The translations under genes and the position numbers were made by a program. Positions 28,842-38,478 of a DNA stretch of 64,000 nt are shown here, one piece after another. Source of the DNA: Pseudomonadota bacterium (GTDB taxonomy: Bacteria; Bdellovibrionota; Bdellovibrionia; Bdellovibrionales; Bdellovibrionaceae); the NCBI GenBank assembly GCA_041178425.1, contig JBEGVH010000029.1:32001-96000 (forward strand), written 5' to 3'. The notes below the pieces were generated by a model. That model saw nothing but the letters and a program-made list of their open reading frames with translations, did no database searches and was not told where the DNA came from. Every line of letters begins with the position of its first letter. The stretch's first letter is position 1.

Positions 28842-29531
28842 TTGACTGACTCGACGACTTCCCAAACAACAATTCCTCAGCTGTCAAAAGGCCAATGGGT
28901 TCGTTTGTTTGCGGCCAGTCTCGGCATGCTATTACTTAATCAACTGATTGAACAAGCCCTCAACCTTCAAATGACTGAAAGTATGAGGGGCGAAACGTCA
29001 GCCTTTGTTGTGACCGCCATGGCCCTATTTTTTAATGGAGTTTCAATTATTTGGCTACAGTCTGTGGTACTGATGGTAATGGTGCAAGCACATCACCCAG
29101 AAACGAGCTCCGTCCCCCTTGGGGTGAAGATTGGGGATTTTACGAGGGAATGGCTGCGTTCGATGGGTGAAGTCTCCTTATGGATGTTTGCTTTTGTGGT
29201 TCCTGGACTGATTCGGCTCATCGATTACTCTCTCTTGCCCTTTATCTGCTTTTTCGATTCTGCCTATCAAAAAGGCGAAATAGATGCCCTCGAAACCTGT
29301 CGCTCCCTTGCGCGGGGACGGAGGTTAAAACTCTGGGCCCTTTGGATTAGCCTCGGCCTCGTGCTCCCGATTTTGATGTCGGCCTTTTTGGGCGATTATG
29401 AATCCTTATTCGAACACCCTCTCTCGGGTACGCTCATCGTCGCCATCGAGGCCGCTTTTCAAGTGCTCTCTTTTTGCATTATTTGGCGAATCTACTCTGA
29501 CGCAATAAGCTATGCTCGACCTCAGCCGTGA
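28842..29531 (+). CDS. hypothetical multi-pass membrane protein
   Basis: About five TMs, FVVPG...DAL..R.L pattern; TTG start with AGGAG RBS. Confidence 0.75.
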   Translation: MTDSTTSQTTIPQLSKGQWVRLFAASLGMLLLNQLIEQALNLQMTESMRGETSAFVVTAMALFFNGVSIIWLQSVVLMVMVQAHHPETSSVPLGVKIGDFTREWLRSMGEVSLWMFAFVVPGLIRLIDYSLLPFICFFDSAYQKGEIDALETCRSLARGRRLKLWALWISLGLVLPILMSAFLGDYESLFEHPLSGTLIVAIEAAFQVLSFCIIWRIYSDAISYARPQP

Positions 29532-29645
29532 TGCTGACTTCCAAAAATTCATTGGAAAGAGCTTTGACCTCCGAAAGAGGGGGGAATATTCTATCGAAGA
29601 GCTAATTCTAAGGAGCCATTCCTAAAAATTGCTATCGTTGCTTTC

Positions 29646-29676
29646 AAAAAGGCCTCTTCAACAAGGGGCCTTTTTT
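29646..29676. terminator. bidirectional intrinsic terminator
   Basis: aaaaaggcctctt-caac-aaggggcctttttt. Confidence 0.8.
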
Positions 29677-29712
29677 ATTACTCCAGACATAAACTGATTT
29701 TATTTAATAACT

Positions 29713-30900
29713 TTAAGGTAAAAAGATTTCTCGAATAGGAACTTGGCGATTGTAATTACTACTCATCACTCGACCATAAGCCCCGGAATCAATAATGGCC
29801 AAAAACTGCCCTTCCTCTAAGACAGGCAGATCGATCGAAGACGCAAGCACATCGGCACTCTCACAAATGGGCCCCACAAGTTGATAATTCACCACACTGG
29901 CATTCGTGTTTTCAACCAAGGGCAGTACACGATGTTTAGCTTCGTAGAGTGCTGGTCGCAAAAGATGGTGCATGCCTGTATCAACAATGGCAAAGCTGTG
30001 GTGAGTAGTTTTTTTAATATACTCCACTCGCGTGAGCAAAGCGCCAGCGTGAGCCACCAACCAACGTCCAGGCTCTACCATGAGCGATTTGGAAAGGCCA
30101 CCCCAACTCTCGTTGATTCGTCGTCCCCACTCCTGCGCAAGCGCTAATTCTGCCGCTTCATCGCTGCGGTCGTAAAAAATACCCAGTCCCCCACCAGCAT
30201 CAAGAGTCTCGAACTCAAAACCTTTACTCTTCCAATCCTGAATGACTGGCACAAGCTTATCATAAGCTTCGCTGCAACCACTCAAGTCAGTGAGCTGCGA
30301 GCCTATATGAACACTAAATCCCTGAAAAACTAAATTGGGATTGGAACGAAAAATCTTTTCGCAGTCGCCGAGCGCTTCGAGTTCTATACCAAATTTATTA
30401 TTTTTTAGTCCGGTCGCAATATAGGGGTGAGTTTTGGCATCCACATTGGGGTTTACACGCAATCCAATGTGAGCTTTTAAATGGTGCTGCTGAGTTAGGT
30501 GGCTCAGCCGCTGGAGCTCAGGAACACTCTCTACATTGATTTGCCGAATCCCCAAACGGAGAGCTAAAAGAAGCTCCCGCTCACTTTTGCCAACGCCAGA
30601 AAAAATAATTCGGTTTGGAGGGCAACCTTGCTGAAGACTCCAATCGAGTTCTCCCCCAGACACCACATCCATACCAAATCCAAGATCAATGAATTGGCGA
30701 AGAACGTCTCGATGATCATTGGCCTTCATGGCATAGAAGATTTCTGTCTTCTGCGGCAACGCGGCTTTAAGAGCCTTTGCTCGATGTGCCATGTGAGGCC
30801 CATCATAAACATAGATTGGGCCATCGTAGTTTTCGAGCAGTTCTAAAAGTGAAGAGTCCTGATCAACGAATTTCAATTTTTTCTCTTTATAAATCAACAT
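29713..30900 (-). CDS. lysA: diaminopimelate decarboxylase
   Basis: YAMKAN (PLP Lys), FSGVGKS, THPYIATG...NKFG, HIGSQ, EPGR, GPICESAD, GAYG..MSSNYN. Confidence 0.96.
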   Translation of the reverse strand: MLIYKEKKLKFVDQDSSLLELLENYDGPIYVYDGPHMAHRAKALKAALPQKTEIFYAMKANDHRDVLRQFIDLGFGMDVVSGGELDWSLQQGCPPNRIIFSGVGKSERELLLALRLGIRQINVESVPELQRLSHLTQQHHLKAHIGLRVNPNVDAKTHPYIATGLKNNKFGIELEALGDCEKIFRSNPNLVFQGFSVHIGSQLTDLSGCSEAYDKLVPVIQDWKSKGFEFETLDAGGGLGIFYDRSDEAAELALAQEWGRRINESWGGLSKSLMVEPGRWLVAHAGALLTRVEYIKKTTHHSFAIVDTGMHHLLRPALYEAKHRVLPLVENTNASVVNYQLVGPICESADVLASSIDLPVLEEGQFLAIIDSGAYGRVMSSNYNRQVPIREIFLP

Positions 30901-30956
30901 GGTTTTAAGACTAACATTTGACTTTTCAAAGAGTCAAAAACCATAATGCGAATCCT

Positions 30957-31637
30957 ATGAACACAGCAAAAAGTTTTAGCATCGGTACCTCTGCCCATGG
31001 ACTTCCCATCAAGGCCTTTGAATTTGGGTCACCCCAATCGCCCAGCATTCTGTGCCTGGGAGGAGTTCACGGGGATGAGATTGAAGGCGTGACCCTCGCT
31101 TGGTCACTTTGGGATGAATTCATTAAAGACTTTCCTTACAAACTCCATTTGATCTTGATTCCCGAGATGAATCCCGACGGCGTGCTCTATAAAACCAGAG
31201 TCAATGCCAACAAAGTGGATCTCAATCGAAATCTCCCCACTCAAGATTGGATTTCTCAAACATTAAATCCGCGATACCCTCCTGGCCCCCACCCCGCCAG
31301 CGAACCCGAAACCAAGGCGTTTTTAAAATTGTGGGAGCAGCACAAATTCCAATTTGTGTTCTCTCTCCACTCTTGGAATCCCCTCATTAACACCAACGGA
31401 CCTTGCGGCGAAGTGGCGGATGTTCTCCATCACCATCTTGGCTCACCCGTCGAACCATCAATGGGATATCCAACGCCTGGAGCCCTCGGAACTTTCGCCG
31501 GCCTCGAAAAGGCCGTACCTACTATCACACTTGAAATTCAACGAGGGCTTCTTAACGACCAAGTGATCGAGAAATACAAGCCCGCCATGCTCGCGGCCTT
31601 AGGCGCCCTCGACAAAAAACTCAACTCTCCCACTTAA
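30957..31637 (+). CDS. mpaA: M14 zinc carboxypeptidase, murein tripeptide amidase MpaA-like
   Basis: HGDE, NPDG, NAN.VDLNRN.P, SEPET, SLHS, GYPTPG.LGT, ITLE. Confidence 0.8.
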   Translation: MNTAKSFSIGTSAHGLPIKAFEFGSPQSPSILCLGGVHGDEIEGVTLAWSLWDEFIKDFPYKLHLILIPEMNPDGVLYKTRVNANKVDLNRNLPTQDWISQTLNPRYPPGPHPASEPETKAFLKLWEQHKFQFVFSLHSWNPLINTNGPCGEVADVLHHHLGSPVEPSMGYPTPGALGTFAGLEKAVPTITLEIQRGLLNDQVIEKYKPAMLAALGALDKKLNSPT

Positions 31638-31650
31638 AAGGAATTCGTCC

Positions 31651-32487
31651 ATGCCTTCTGCTACCCTCCAAGAAATGATTGAAGCCATTTACATTAAAGT
31701 TCAAGGTGGTGTCGCGATCAGCGATCTCTCTTCACTCGAAACGCAACAAATCGAGCAAGTCATTGAAGGACTCGATACTGGAACCCTTCGCGTTTGCGAA
31801 AAGGTTCAAGGGCTTTGGATCACCCACGCCTGGGTGAAGCAAGCAATCCTTCTGTATTTTCGTATGACAAAAATGCAGACGATGGACGCCGGAGATTTTA
31901 ATTTTTTCGATAAGATCCCGGTCAAAAAATGGAGTGAAGCCGATAAGGTTCGAGTTGTACCACCCGCTTTTGTGCGCAAAGGAGCATTTGTGGCTCCCGG
32001 CGCAATCTTAATGCCCTCTTATGTGAATATCGGCGCTTATGTGGGCTCGGGAACGATGGTCGACACCTGGGCTACAGTTGGTTCTTGCGCACAAATCGGG
32101 ACCAATGTTCACCTTTCTGGAGGGGTAGGCATTGGTGGTGTGCTTGAGCCCGTTCAAGCCAATCCAGTAATCATAGAAGACAATGCTTTTATTGGCAGTC
32201 GCTGCATTGTTGTTGAAGGTGCTGTGATTGAAGAAGGGGCTGTGCTCGGCGCTGGCGTCACGATCACAGCGAGCACAAAAATAATCGACGTAACACAAAC
32301 CAAGCCAGTGGCTTATCAAGGACGAGTGCCAAGTCGTTCGGTTGTGATTCCTGGTACAACGATGAAAGAGTTTGCAGCCGGAACTTATGGAGTTCCCTGC
32401 GCTCTGATTATCGGCCAGAGAAAAGCCTCAACCGATTTAAAAACATCACTCACTGAGGCTCTTCGCGATTATCAAGTTTCGGTTTAA
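31651..32487 (+). CDS. dapD: tetrahydrodipicolinate N-succinyltransferase
   Basis: WVKQAILLYF, RVVPPA, MVDTWATVGSCAQIG.NVHLSGGVGIGGVLEP.Q. Confidence 0.96.
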   Translation: MPSATLQEMIEAIYIKVQGGVAISDLSSLETQQIEQVIEGLDTGTLRVCEKVQGLWITHAWVKQAILLYFRMTKMQTMDAGDFNFFDKIPVKKWSEADKVRVVPPAFVRKGAFVAPGAILMPSYVNIGAYVGSGTMVDTWATVGSCAQIGTNVHLSGGVGIGGVLEPVQANPVIIEDNAFIGSRCIVVEGAVIEEGAVLGAGVTITASTKIIDVTQTKPVAYQGRVPSRSVVIPGTTMKEFAAGTYGVPCALIIGQRKASTDLKTSLTEALRDYQVSV

Positions 32488-32537
32488 TGATACAAAAGTC
32501 ATTATTCGAACCAACGCAAAATTAATATCAACAAAAT

Positions 32538-32571
32538 AAAAAACCCCAAAGATTCAACTTTGGGGTTTTTT
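32538..32571. terminator. bidirectional intrinsic terminator
   Basis: aaaaaaccccaaag-attcaa-ctttggggtttttt. Confidence 0.85.
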
Positions 32572-32595
32572 CTAAGCAAAAGCTCTACGAAGGAA

Positions 32596-32865
32596 TTAAC
32601 CTTTCAAAGAAGCTTCAACCTCTGAGCGGTATTGCTTAAGTAACATTTCAGTCACTTCTTTTTTAGAAAGCTTCAAGCTGTTGCAAAGTTGCGACATAAC
32701 TTGAAGTGGAGGAGAACAAAGTCCACGCTCCCAATTAGAAACGAACTGAGGGCTAGAATATCCCAAAGTACGGCTCAAATCAGATTGAGTGATTTGCAAC
32801 TCCATTCGGCGTTTTGCTAAGAACTTTCCGATTGTGTATTTATTGCTTGTTTTTGCCATTTGCAT
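32596..32865 (-). CDS. XRE-family HTH regulator
   Basis: TQSDLSRTLGYSSPQFVSNWERGLCSPP. Confidence 0.88.
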   Translation of the reverse strand: MQMAKTSNKYTIGKFLAKRRMELQITQSDLSRTLGYSSPQFVSNWERGLCSPPLQVMSQLCNSLKLSKKEVTEMLLKQYRSEVEASLKG

Positions 32866-33052
32866 AACCTCTTTTTTAGAGTTGATTGTCAATTCATTGC
32901 CCATCAATGCCTATCAACAATATTTGTGTGGTCAAATAGCACGCTTCCTTAAATTTTGTTTAGCTAAAAGGATAACACCAAAAAAAATCCCCACAGAGGG
33001 ACCCTTTTTGGCACCTGCCCAAAAAACAGACTTTTTGAACATAAAAATGTAT

Positions 33053-34279
33053 TTAATTAGATCTGAGGGCTTCGGAGGGCCTCAATTCAAGAAGCTTTTT
33101 CATTGCCAAGTGAACGGCTCCATAAATAATCATTATTGCTAAAGCCAAAATGATTAGAATAAAGAGAAAATCGACCTGGGCAGGAATTTCACTGTCATAG
33201 TAAATGTCGGGCAAAACTTTCAATGGGAATTTTTCTAAATAAAGCCCCACAAGCACACCAACCAAAGCACCTACACCTAAACCAATGCCCGCAAGATAAA
33301 GGCCAACTCTCTGAAAAAGATCTTTAAGTCTGACATTCGACAGGCCGAGTGCCATCAACAAACCCATGTCTTTGCGTTTTTGCGCAATTAACAACGTAAG
33401 CACCGACCAAATTGAAAACGTTGTAATAAGAGCACTTAACCCCAAAAAACTCCCGAGCATTAGCTTTTCTAATTGTAATGACCAAAAAATGGCTGAATTC
33501 CTCTCGCGCCAAGTTTGCACCGATAGATCTTTAAATTGCGAGAGTCTCTTCTTGAGTGAGTTGGCACCATAGGGATCGGAGAGCCAAACATCATAACCAA
33601 CCCTTCGGCTTCCGGCCTTCGAAAAATTAACCAGAGCTTGCCCGCGCTGAAACAAAACCATTTGAGAGTCTAGTTCTGCGATATTAGTTGCAACAATTTG
33701 CTTAACCACTACTTTTGCAAAAGGAGGGTTCTCACCAGGAGCCATCAAGAGACTTTCAGGTGGCAGAATTGTTACGTACTCACCTTCGTAAACATTGAGC
33801 TGCTTGGCTAAGCCGTATCCAAGAACCACCTCTCCCGCTCCGGGAACTTCAAGCACCGCAGTGGCTGTGTTCTGTTGGGGCAAAGCTGAGAGTCTTCTTT
33901 GCATAGCCTCAATCGCTTCGACGGTGACTCCCCTTGCGACGCCGCCATGAAAAAGGCCATCGGTCGATCTTAAAATTACATCTTGTCGATCATAAATTTG
34001 AAAGTCTAAACCTCTTTGCTGCTTCAAAAAGGGAATGATGGAATGATTTTGAATGATGCTATCGTCAATATTCTTTTCGAATTCAGCCGTTAAATGAGGT
34101 TCAAGAGCAAGAATGCGAAGATTAATGTTACGATGCAAGCCCGACATGATACTTAGAACAAGAATAAAAGCCGCAACGGCAACGCCGATGCTCACCATTG
34201 AAAGCCAAGCGATTCGCTTCACCAAAGAGCCGGCCCGGGCAGAAAACAAGTAGCGCTTAAAAAAGGTCCAAGAAAGCAT
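33053..34279 (-). CDS. lipoprotein-releasing ABC permease LolC/E family
   Basis: SIGVAVAAFILVLSIMSG, W.E.N....LEK, K.KDMGLL.ALG, DIYY. Confidence 0.88.
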   Translation of the reverse strand: MLSWTFFKRYLFSARAGSLVKRIAWLSMVSIGVAVAAFILVLSIMSGLHRNINLRILALEPHLTAEFEKNIDDSIIQNHSIIPFLKQQRGLDFQIYDRQDVILRSTDGLFHGGVARGVTVEAIEAMQRRLSALPQQNTATAVLEVPGAGEVVLGYGLAKQLNVYEGEYVTILPPESLLMAPGENPPFAKVVVKQIVATNIAELDSQMVLFQRGQALVNFSKAGSRRVGYDVWLSDPYGANSLKKRLSQFKDLSVQTWRERNSAIFWSLQLEKLMLGSFLGLSALITTFSIWSVLTLLIAQKRKDMGLLMALGLSNVRLKDLFQRVGLYLAGIGLGVGALVGVLVGLYLEKFPLKVLPDIYYDSEIPAQVDFLFILIILALAIMIIYGAVHLAMKKLLELRPSEALRSN

Positions 34280-34341
34280 GCCCCAGACTAAATTTGACGG
34301 ATTGATAAATCAACATTGTGTTTTTGCGTGGGGCGTAACGA

Positions 34342-35328
34342 TTATTTACCAGAATCTTTAGTCTGTTCATTCGCAGGGACACGTTGACGTTTTGTTTCTT
34401 CTTCGCGAACCTCTTGAACGCTTCCTCTTACAAACATTGACTTTTGCAGGGCCTTCAATAGAACCACGGCTTCATCCAGCGCTTCGACCGCTCTGCGACT
34501 GGTTTTTGGTAATTGAGGCGCCATCTCAACAATCGTGGGTGTTAGTAATTTAAAATTATCAGTAAGAATCGCAACATTTGTGACGATCTTTTCCATATCT
34601 CGGCTGAGATCAGGAGCCTTTTTTCGAACCAGGGGAATCATTTGATTTAATTCATTGGTCGTCACAGCTAAATTACCAAGAACTGTGCCCAAATTGTCCT
34701 TTCGTGTTGCTTGTTTGCTCAGTTTTATTACCTCTTCAGACATGAGTCCCAAACTGCGAACGAGAGGCTCAATCTGATCGAAAACTTTAACAAAACTCTG
34801 AGTTCTTTCGGTATCAGCGAATGCCTCAACAAGTATTTTCACATTGGTCATGAGGCCATTCATTCCCTCAAGATATTCACCCAATCGACGACCACTTAAA
34901 ATGGTCATTATGTCGACGGTTTCGTGGGACCTAAGAGTCGCACCGTCTTGAATAACGGCAGATTCTTTTGATCCTACTGTCAACTCGAGTATCCTCTCCC
35001 CAATAACAAACGGACGCACTAACTGAGCCGAGCTGTCCTCTTTGATTCTTAAGCGGTATTTATCTAGAAGGGTGAAGGTCACCTTTATTTTGTTTGATTC
35101 CAAGAGGTCTACTTTTTCTACGCTACCTGCCCGCAACCCCGCCACCAACACTTCTGTTCCCGCATGAACACCATCGGCATTTTCAAACTCAGTGCTCAAC
35201 GAAATCGTAGTGGCAAACCAACCCCGCTTAATCGCTACTGTGACAGCCACAGAAAGACCCGTTACTATAAAAACAATAACAAAGATCCCCGCGACCCTCT
35301 CAAAGTGATTAAACTTTAGCCCTCTCAT
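34342..35328 (-). CDS. mlaD: MlaD/MCE-domain protein
   Basis: TM followed by F.NADG...GT.V..AG...GSV and GER..EL..G; helical tail. Confidence 0.85.
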   Translation of the reverse strand: MRGLKFNHFERVAGIFVIVFIVTGLSVAVTVAIKRGWFATTISLSTEFENADGVHAGTEVLVAGLRAGSVEKVDLLESNKIKVTFTLLDKYRLRIKEDSSAQLVRPFVIGERILELTVGSKESAVIQDGATLRSHETVDIMTILSGRRLGEYLEGMNGLMTNVKILVEAFADTERTQSFVKVFDQIEPLVRSLGLMSEEVIKLSKQATRKDNLGTVLGNLAVTTNELNQMIPLVRKKAPDLSRDMEKIVTNVAILTDNFKLLTPTIVEMAPQLPKTSRRAVEALDEAVVLLKALQKSMFVRGSVQEVREEETKRQRVPANEQTKDSGK

Positions 35329-36035
35329 AAACTAACGGCCCTTTTTTCGATTGTATGTTGGTAAATTTGTCCCCCTTCTAAAAACAGCGAAACAGTCTCA
35401 AATTGGGAGGAAAACAGTTCATCGTATGAGGAAAAAATCACGGTATGCGTTTTTCCGGCTTTTCTTAGATCATCGATGGATTGACAGTAGGTCTCAATCA
35501 CCCCTTTAGACAAACCAACCGTCATGTCATCGAGTAAAATCAACTCGGGCTCAATAAGAAGTGCTCTCACAAGACAAGCCAGTTTTCGGACCCCGCCCGA
35601 CACATTGGCGGGTCGCACATCGGCAGCCTTCTGCAGAGAAAACCTATTTATGTAGTAATTCACTCGTTCGGCCGCCTCTTGGGGTGAACAGAGTTTATGG
35701 TAATTCAAAGGAAGCAAAAGATTTTCCGAAATCGTTCTGTTACTAAGAAGCCCACCGAGATCAAAGGCGTACCCAATTTTAAGTCGATACGGCAAAAATT
35801 CATCAAAACTCATCTCAGATACATTCAAGCCATCAATTTCAATTCGGCCTTGATTAGGAACTTGAAGCCCCGCTAACAATTGCAACAACGTCGAGCGGCC
35901 GGCTCCCCGTTCGCCTCGCAAAGAGATAATCTCTCCCATCGGAAAAGAACAATTGGCATTTTGAAGAACACTTTCTTCGCCTTCAAAGGCAAAGCTGACA
36001 TCTTTAAATTCGATACTATTAATCAAAAAGCTCAT
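35325..36035 (-). CDS. mlaF: MlaF-like ABC ATP-binding protein with degenerate motifs
   Basis: Lies between mlaE and mlaD; GERGAGRST, VSGG, ILLDD, SSYD. Confidence 0.75.
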   Translation of the reverse strand: MSFLINSIEFKDVSFAFEGEESVLQNANCSFPMGEIISLRGERGAGRSTLLQLLAGLQVPNQGRIEIDGLNVSEMSFDEFLPYRLKIGYAFDLGGLLSNRTISENLLLPLNYHKLCSPQEAAERVNYYINRFSLQKAADVRPANVSGGVRKLACLVRALLIEPELILLDDMTVGLSKGVIETYCQSIDDLRKAGKTHTVIFSSYDELFSSQFETVSLFLEGGQIYQHTIEKRAVSL

Positions 36036-36850
36036 ATGACACCCAATTCAATTAGTTGGTTGAGATAAAACAAGGTCGTTACCGTCATGTTAAAAACGGT
36101 AACGTAAATAATACTATCGACCACCGCTTTGGTGGTTACCTGGGGAACTTCGTGAGAACTTCGTTTAACTAAAAGTCCCTGGTAACAGCTCACGACAAAA
36201 ATAATCATTCCACTGAATGACGTCTTAACCAGAAATAGAAAAATATCTTCAGCGGCGAGAGCTCTCACTAGAGATTCAATATAAAAAGCCACTGGTATAT
36301 CTTGGATGAGCCGCGTGCAGAGATAGCCCCCAAAAAGAGCGATCATCGTAAAATAATAAGCCAGACTCACGACACTAACAACGCCACCCACAATTCGCGG
36401 AAAGACAATGTAACTGAGTGGGTTTATCCCCATAGATTCGAGGGCATCAATTTCGCGATTGGCGCGCATATTACCCACTTCTGAGGCAACGGCCGTTCCT
36501 GATCTCGCAATCACCACCAGTGACGTTAATAGTGGCCCCACTTCACGAACGATAATCACCACCAAGAGATTTCCAATCATTTGCGACCCGCCAAGCAAGG
36601 ACAGCTGGGCTGAGCTTTGAAGAATAACAATTGATCCTGTTGCGATGGCGAGAACACTGATTAAGGGCATCGCCTGCCAACCAGTAAAGTAGATCTGAGC
36701 CGAAACCACACTAAAAATAGTTCTCAATCCTTGGGCTTGATCCGACATTGTCGCTCGAAGGGAGTAATAGACCATCATAAGTACGCGAATCGTGTATTCG
36801 ACGTTATTGATCAGTCGTCTGCCCAGATTGTCGATTGCTCTTAAAACCAT
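36032..36850 (-). CDS. mlaE: MlaE ABC permease
   Basis: REVGPLLTSLVVIARSGTAVASEVGNM..N.EIDAL..MGINP..Y.V.PR. Confidence 0.93.
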   Translation of the reverse strand: MVLRAIDNLGRRLINNVEYTIRVLMMVYYSLRATMSDQAQGLRTIFSVVSAQIYFTGWQAMPLISVLAIATGSIVILQSSAQLSLLGGSQMIGNLLVVIIVREVGPLLTSLVVIARSGTAVASEVGNMRANREIDALESMGINPLSYIVFPRIVGGVVSVVSLAYYFTMIALFGGYLCTRLIQDIPVAFYIESLVRALAAEDIFLFLVKTSFSGMIIFVVSCYQGLLVKRSSHEVPQVTTKAVVDSIIYVTVFNMTVTTLFYLNQLIELGVI

Positions 36851-37001
36851 GAGTCCCTCAGAGAGAATATCGGCATTTAAAGAAACAAAAATGAGCCCTA
36901 TCCCTATCAATAAATTACTTTTTTTCACCTTTCTAAAAAGTCCATTCCCTGACTAAGGTGTTATCGTTAAAACCTGGTATTGATTCAAGACGCTTGGAAG
37001 G

Positions 37002-37943
37002 TTGGTTATGAAGAAAAGACTCGGTAAAAGATGGCCCTTAAAGAAGTTCTTGAAAATTCGATTTGGGATATTTTTCTCCAGGCCTTTGTATGGACTTTTT
37101 CTAGGTCTTAGCCTCAATCTTGTGTCGTGTGCCAATCCAGAGGGGTATCCTTCTAAAAATCGAAATCAAAAAATTATTGATCACACAATCCATCGCGCCA
37201 CCGATCTTAATAAAAACTCTCAATTTGGCATTGTCGGCGGTACCACCCCCCAAGCCAAAGACCAGGTTCGTTGGAGCACCGTTGGTCTTTACGACCTAGA
37301 CTCTGCCACCTTGTGCACAGGCACTATCATCGGCGAAAAAACGATTTTAACGGCGGCCCATTGTGTTCAAGACCTTTTTAGTTTGATTGTTTTTTTTGGT
37401 GATAGCATCGACGAGATGGGTCGAACGTCCGTGGTAACTCAAGTGGCTGTGTTAAGCACATACTCACGAGGAAACCAAGCAAAAGTTGATCTCGGCGATG
37501 TGGCGGTGGTTGAGATAGCAGATAAGATACCGGCCACTCATAATGTTGCAGAACTCATTTCTTCAGACGAAGCTCTAAACGATGGCGAAGACATTGTCAT
37601 CGTGGGCTATGGAGCAACGACTGGTCTCCAGACTGGAACTGTGGGTTCTATCAAAGCAGCGCGAGTGAAAGTTCTCCAAAAAAGTTTGGGCCAAACAGAA
37701 TTTGTAACCAACCAGTCAAGAGGGACAGGCGCTTGCTTTGGTGACTCGGGCGGCCCGGCTTATGCTGTTAAAAATAACCGCATTAAACTTGTTGGCATCG
37801 CGAGTCGCGTGGGCAATTCGCAGGGCAAAGACCCGTGTCGTGGAATTGGAATTTACTCAAAGGCTAATTTTTACCAACCCTTTGTAGACGCTGCACAATC
37901 AGGACTCGCCAAACAATCAAAACCCTCCGTCGAGTCTAGGTAA
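37002..37943 (+). CDS. S1 (trypsin-like) serine protease, probable lipoprotein
   Basis: Lipobox LVSC, IVGG mature N-terminus, TAAHC, DVAV, CFGDSGGP. Start uncertain. Confidence 0.92.
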   Translation: MVMKKRLGKRWPLKKFLKIRFGIFFSRPLYGLFLGLSLNLVSCANPEGYPSKNRNQKIIDHTIHRATDLNKNSQFGIVGGTTPQAKDQVRWSTVGLYDLDSATLCTGTIIGEKTILTAAHCVQDLFSLIVFFGDSIDEMGRTSVVTQVAVLSTYSRGNQAKVDLGDVAVVEIADKIPATHNVAELISSDEALNDGEDIVIVGYGATTGLQTGTVGSIKAARVKVLQKSLGQTEFVTNQSRGTGACFGDSGGPAYAVKNNRIKLVGIASRVGNSQGKDPCRGIGIYSKANFYQPFVDAAQSGLAKQSKPSVESR

Positions 37944-37997
37944 ACAGTATTTATTTTTATTGACGATCTTCAGTTTGTTCACTGTATCCTAGTGGAG

Positions 37998-38471
37998 ATG
38001 AGCAAATTTCGTTTAATTTCATTGTTAATCTTTTTCTGTTTAACACCAATGTCTCCGCTCGTTGCGAACTCTGAGGGGTCTCACGATTCCAATCATAAAA
38101 ACTCTGCCCCTCCTACAGGCGCTCATGCGACGAGCTCACCCTCGGGAGCCCATCAAGGAGCCCAACCCTCGTCATCAACCACCGCCTCGGGCGCCTCAAC
38201 CATAGAAATGAAAGAAAAAATGATTCTGTGGTCTCGCCAACTCGGAGTCACCTGTGTTCATTGTCACAACCTCGAGAATTTTAAAGATGATCATAAACTC
38301 TCTTTTAAGACCGCACTAAAACATGAAAAAATGGGAAAGGTTCTTCAGGAAGAAGTTTTTAATGATCGCGATGCTGGCCATGAACTAAAAGTAAAAGTCC
38401 AATGCTATATGTGTCATCGCGGCCTCCAATGGCCTGAGTATATAGAGCCACCAAACAGTCTCACCAAATAA
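37998..38471 (+). CDS. secreted dihaem cytochrome c, reaction-centre cytochrome (PufC)-like family
   Basis: M..WS.QLGV.CVHCH and V.CYMCHRG. Confidence 0.8.
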   Translation: MSKFRLISLLIFFCLTPMSPLVANSEGSHDSNHKNSAPPTGAHATSSPSGAHQGAQPSSSTTASGASTIEMKEKMILWSRQLGVTCVHCHNLENFKDDHKLSFKTALKHEKMGKVLQEEVFNDRDAGHELKVKVQCYMCHRGLQWPEYIEPPNSLTK

Positions 38472-38478
38472 AGGCCAA

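Noticed and set aside
29560..29610. c-di-GMP-I riboswitch (cctc-cgaaa-gagg hairpin)
   Set aside because: No flanking GGCAAA or GACGCAAAG, and the site lies between convergent genes.
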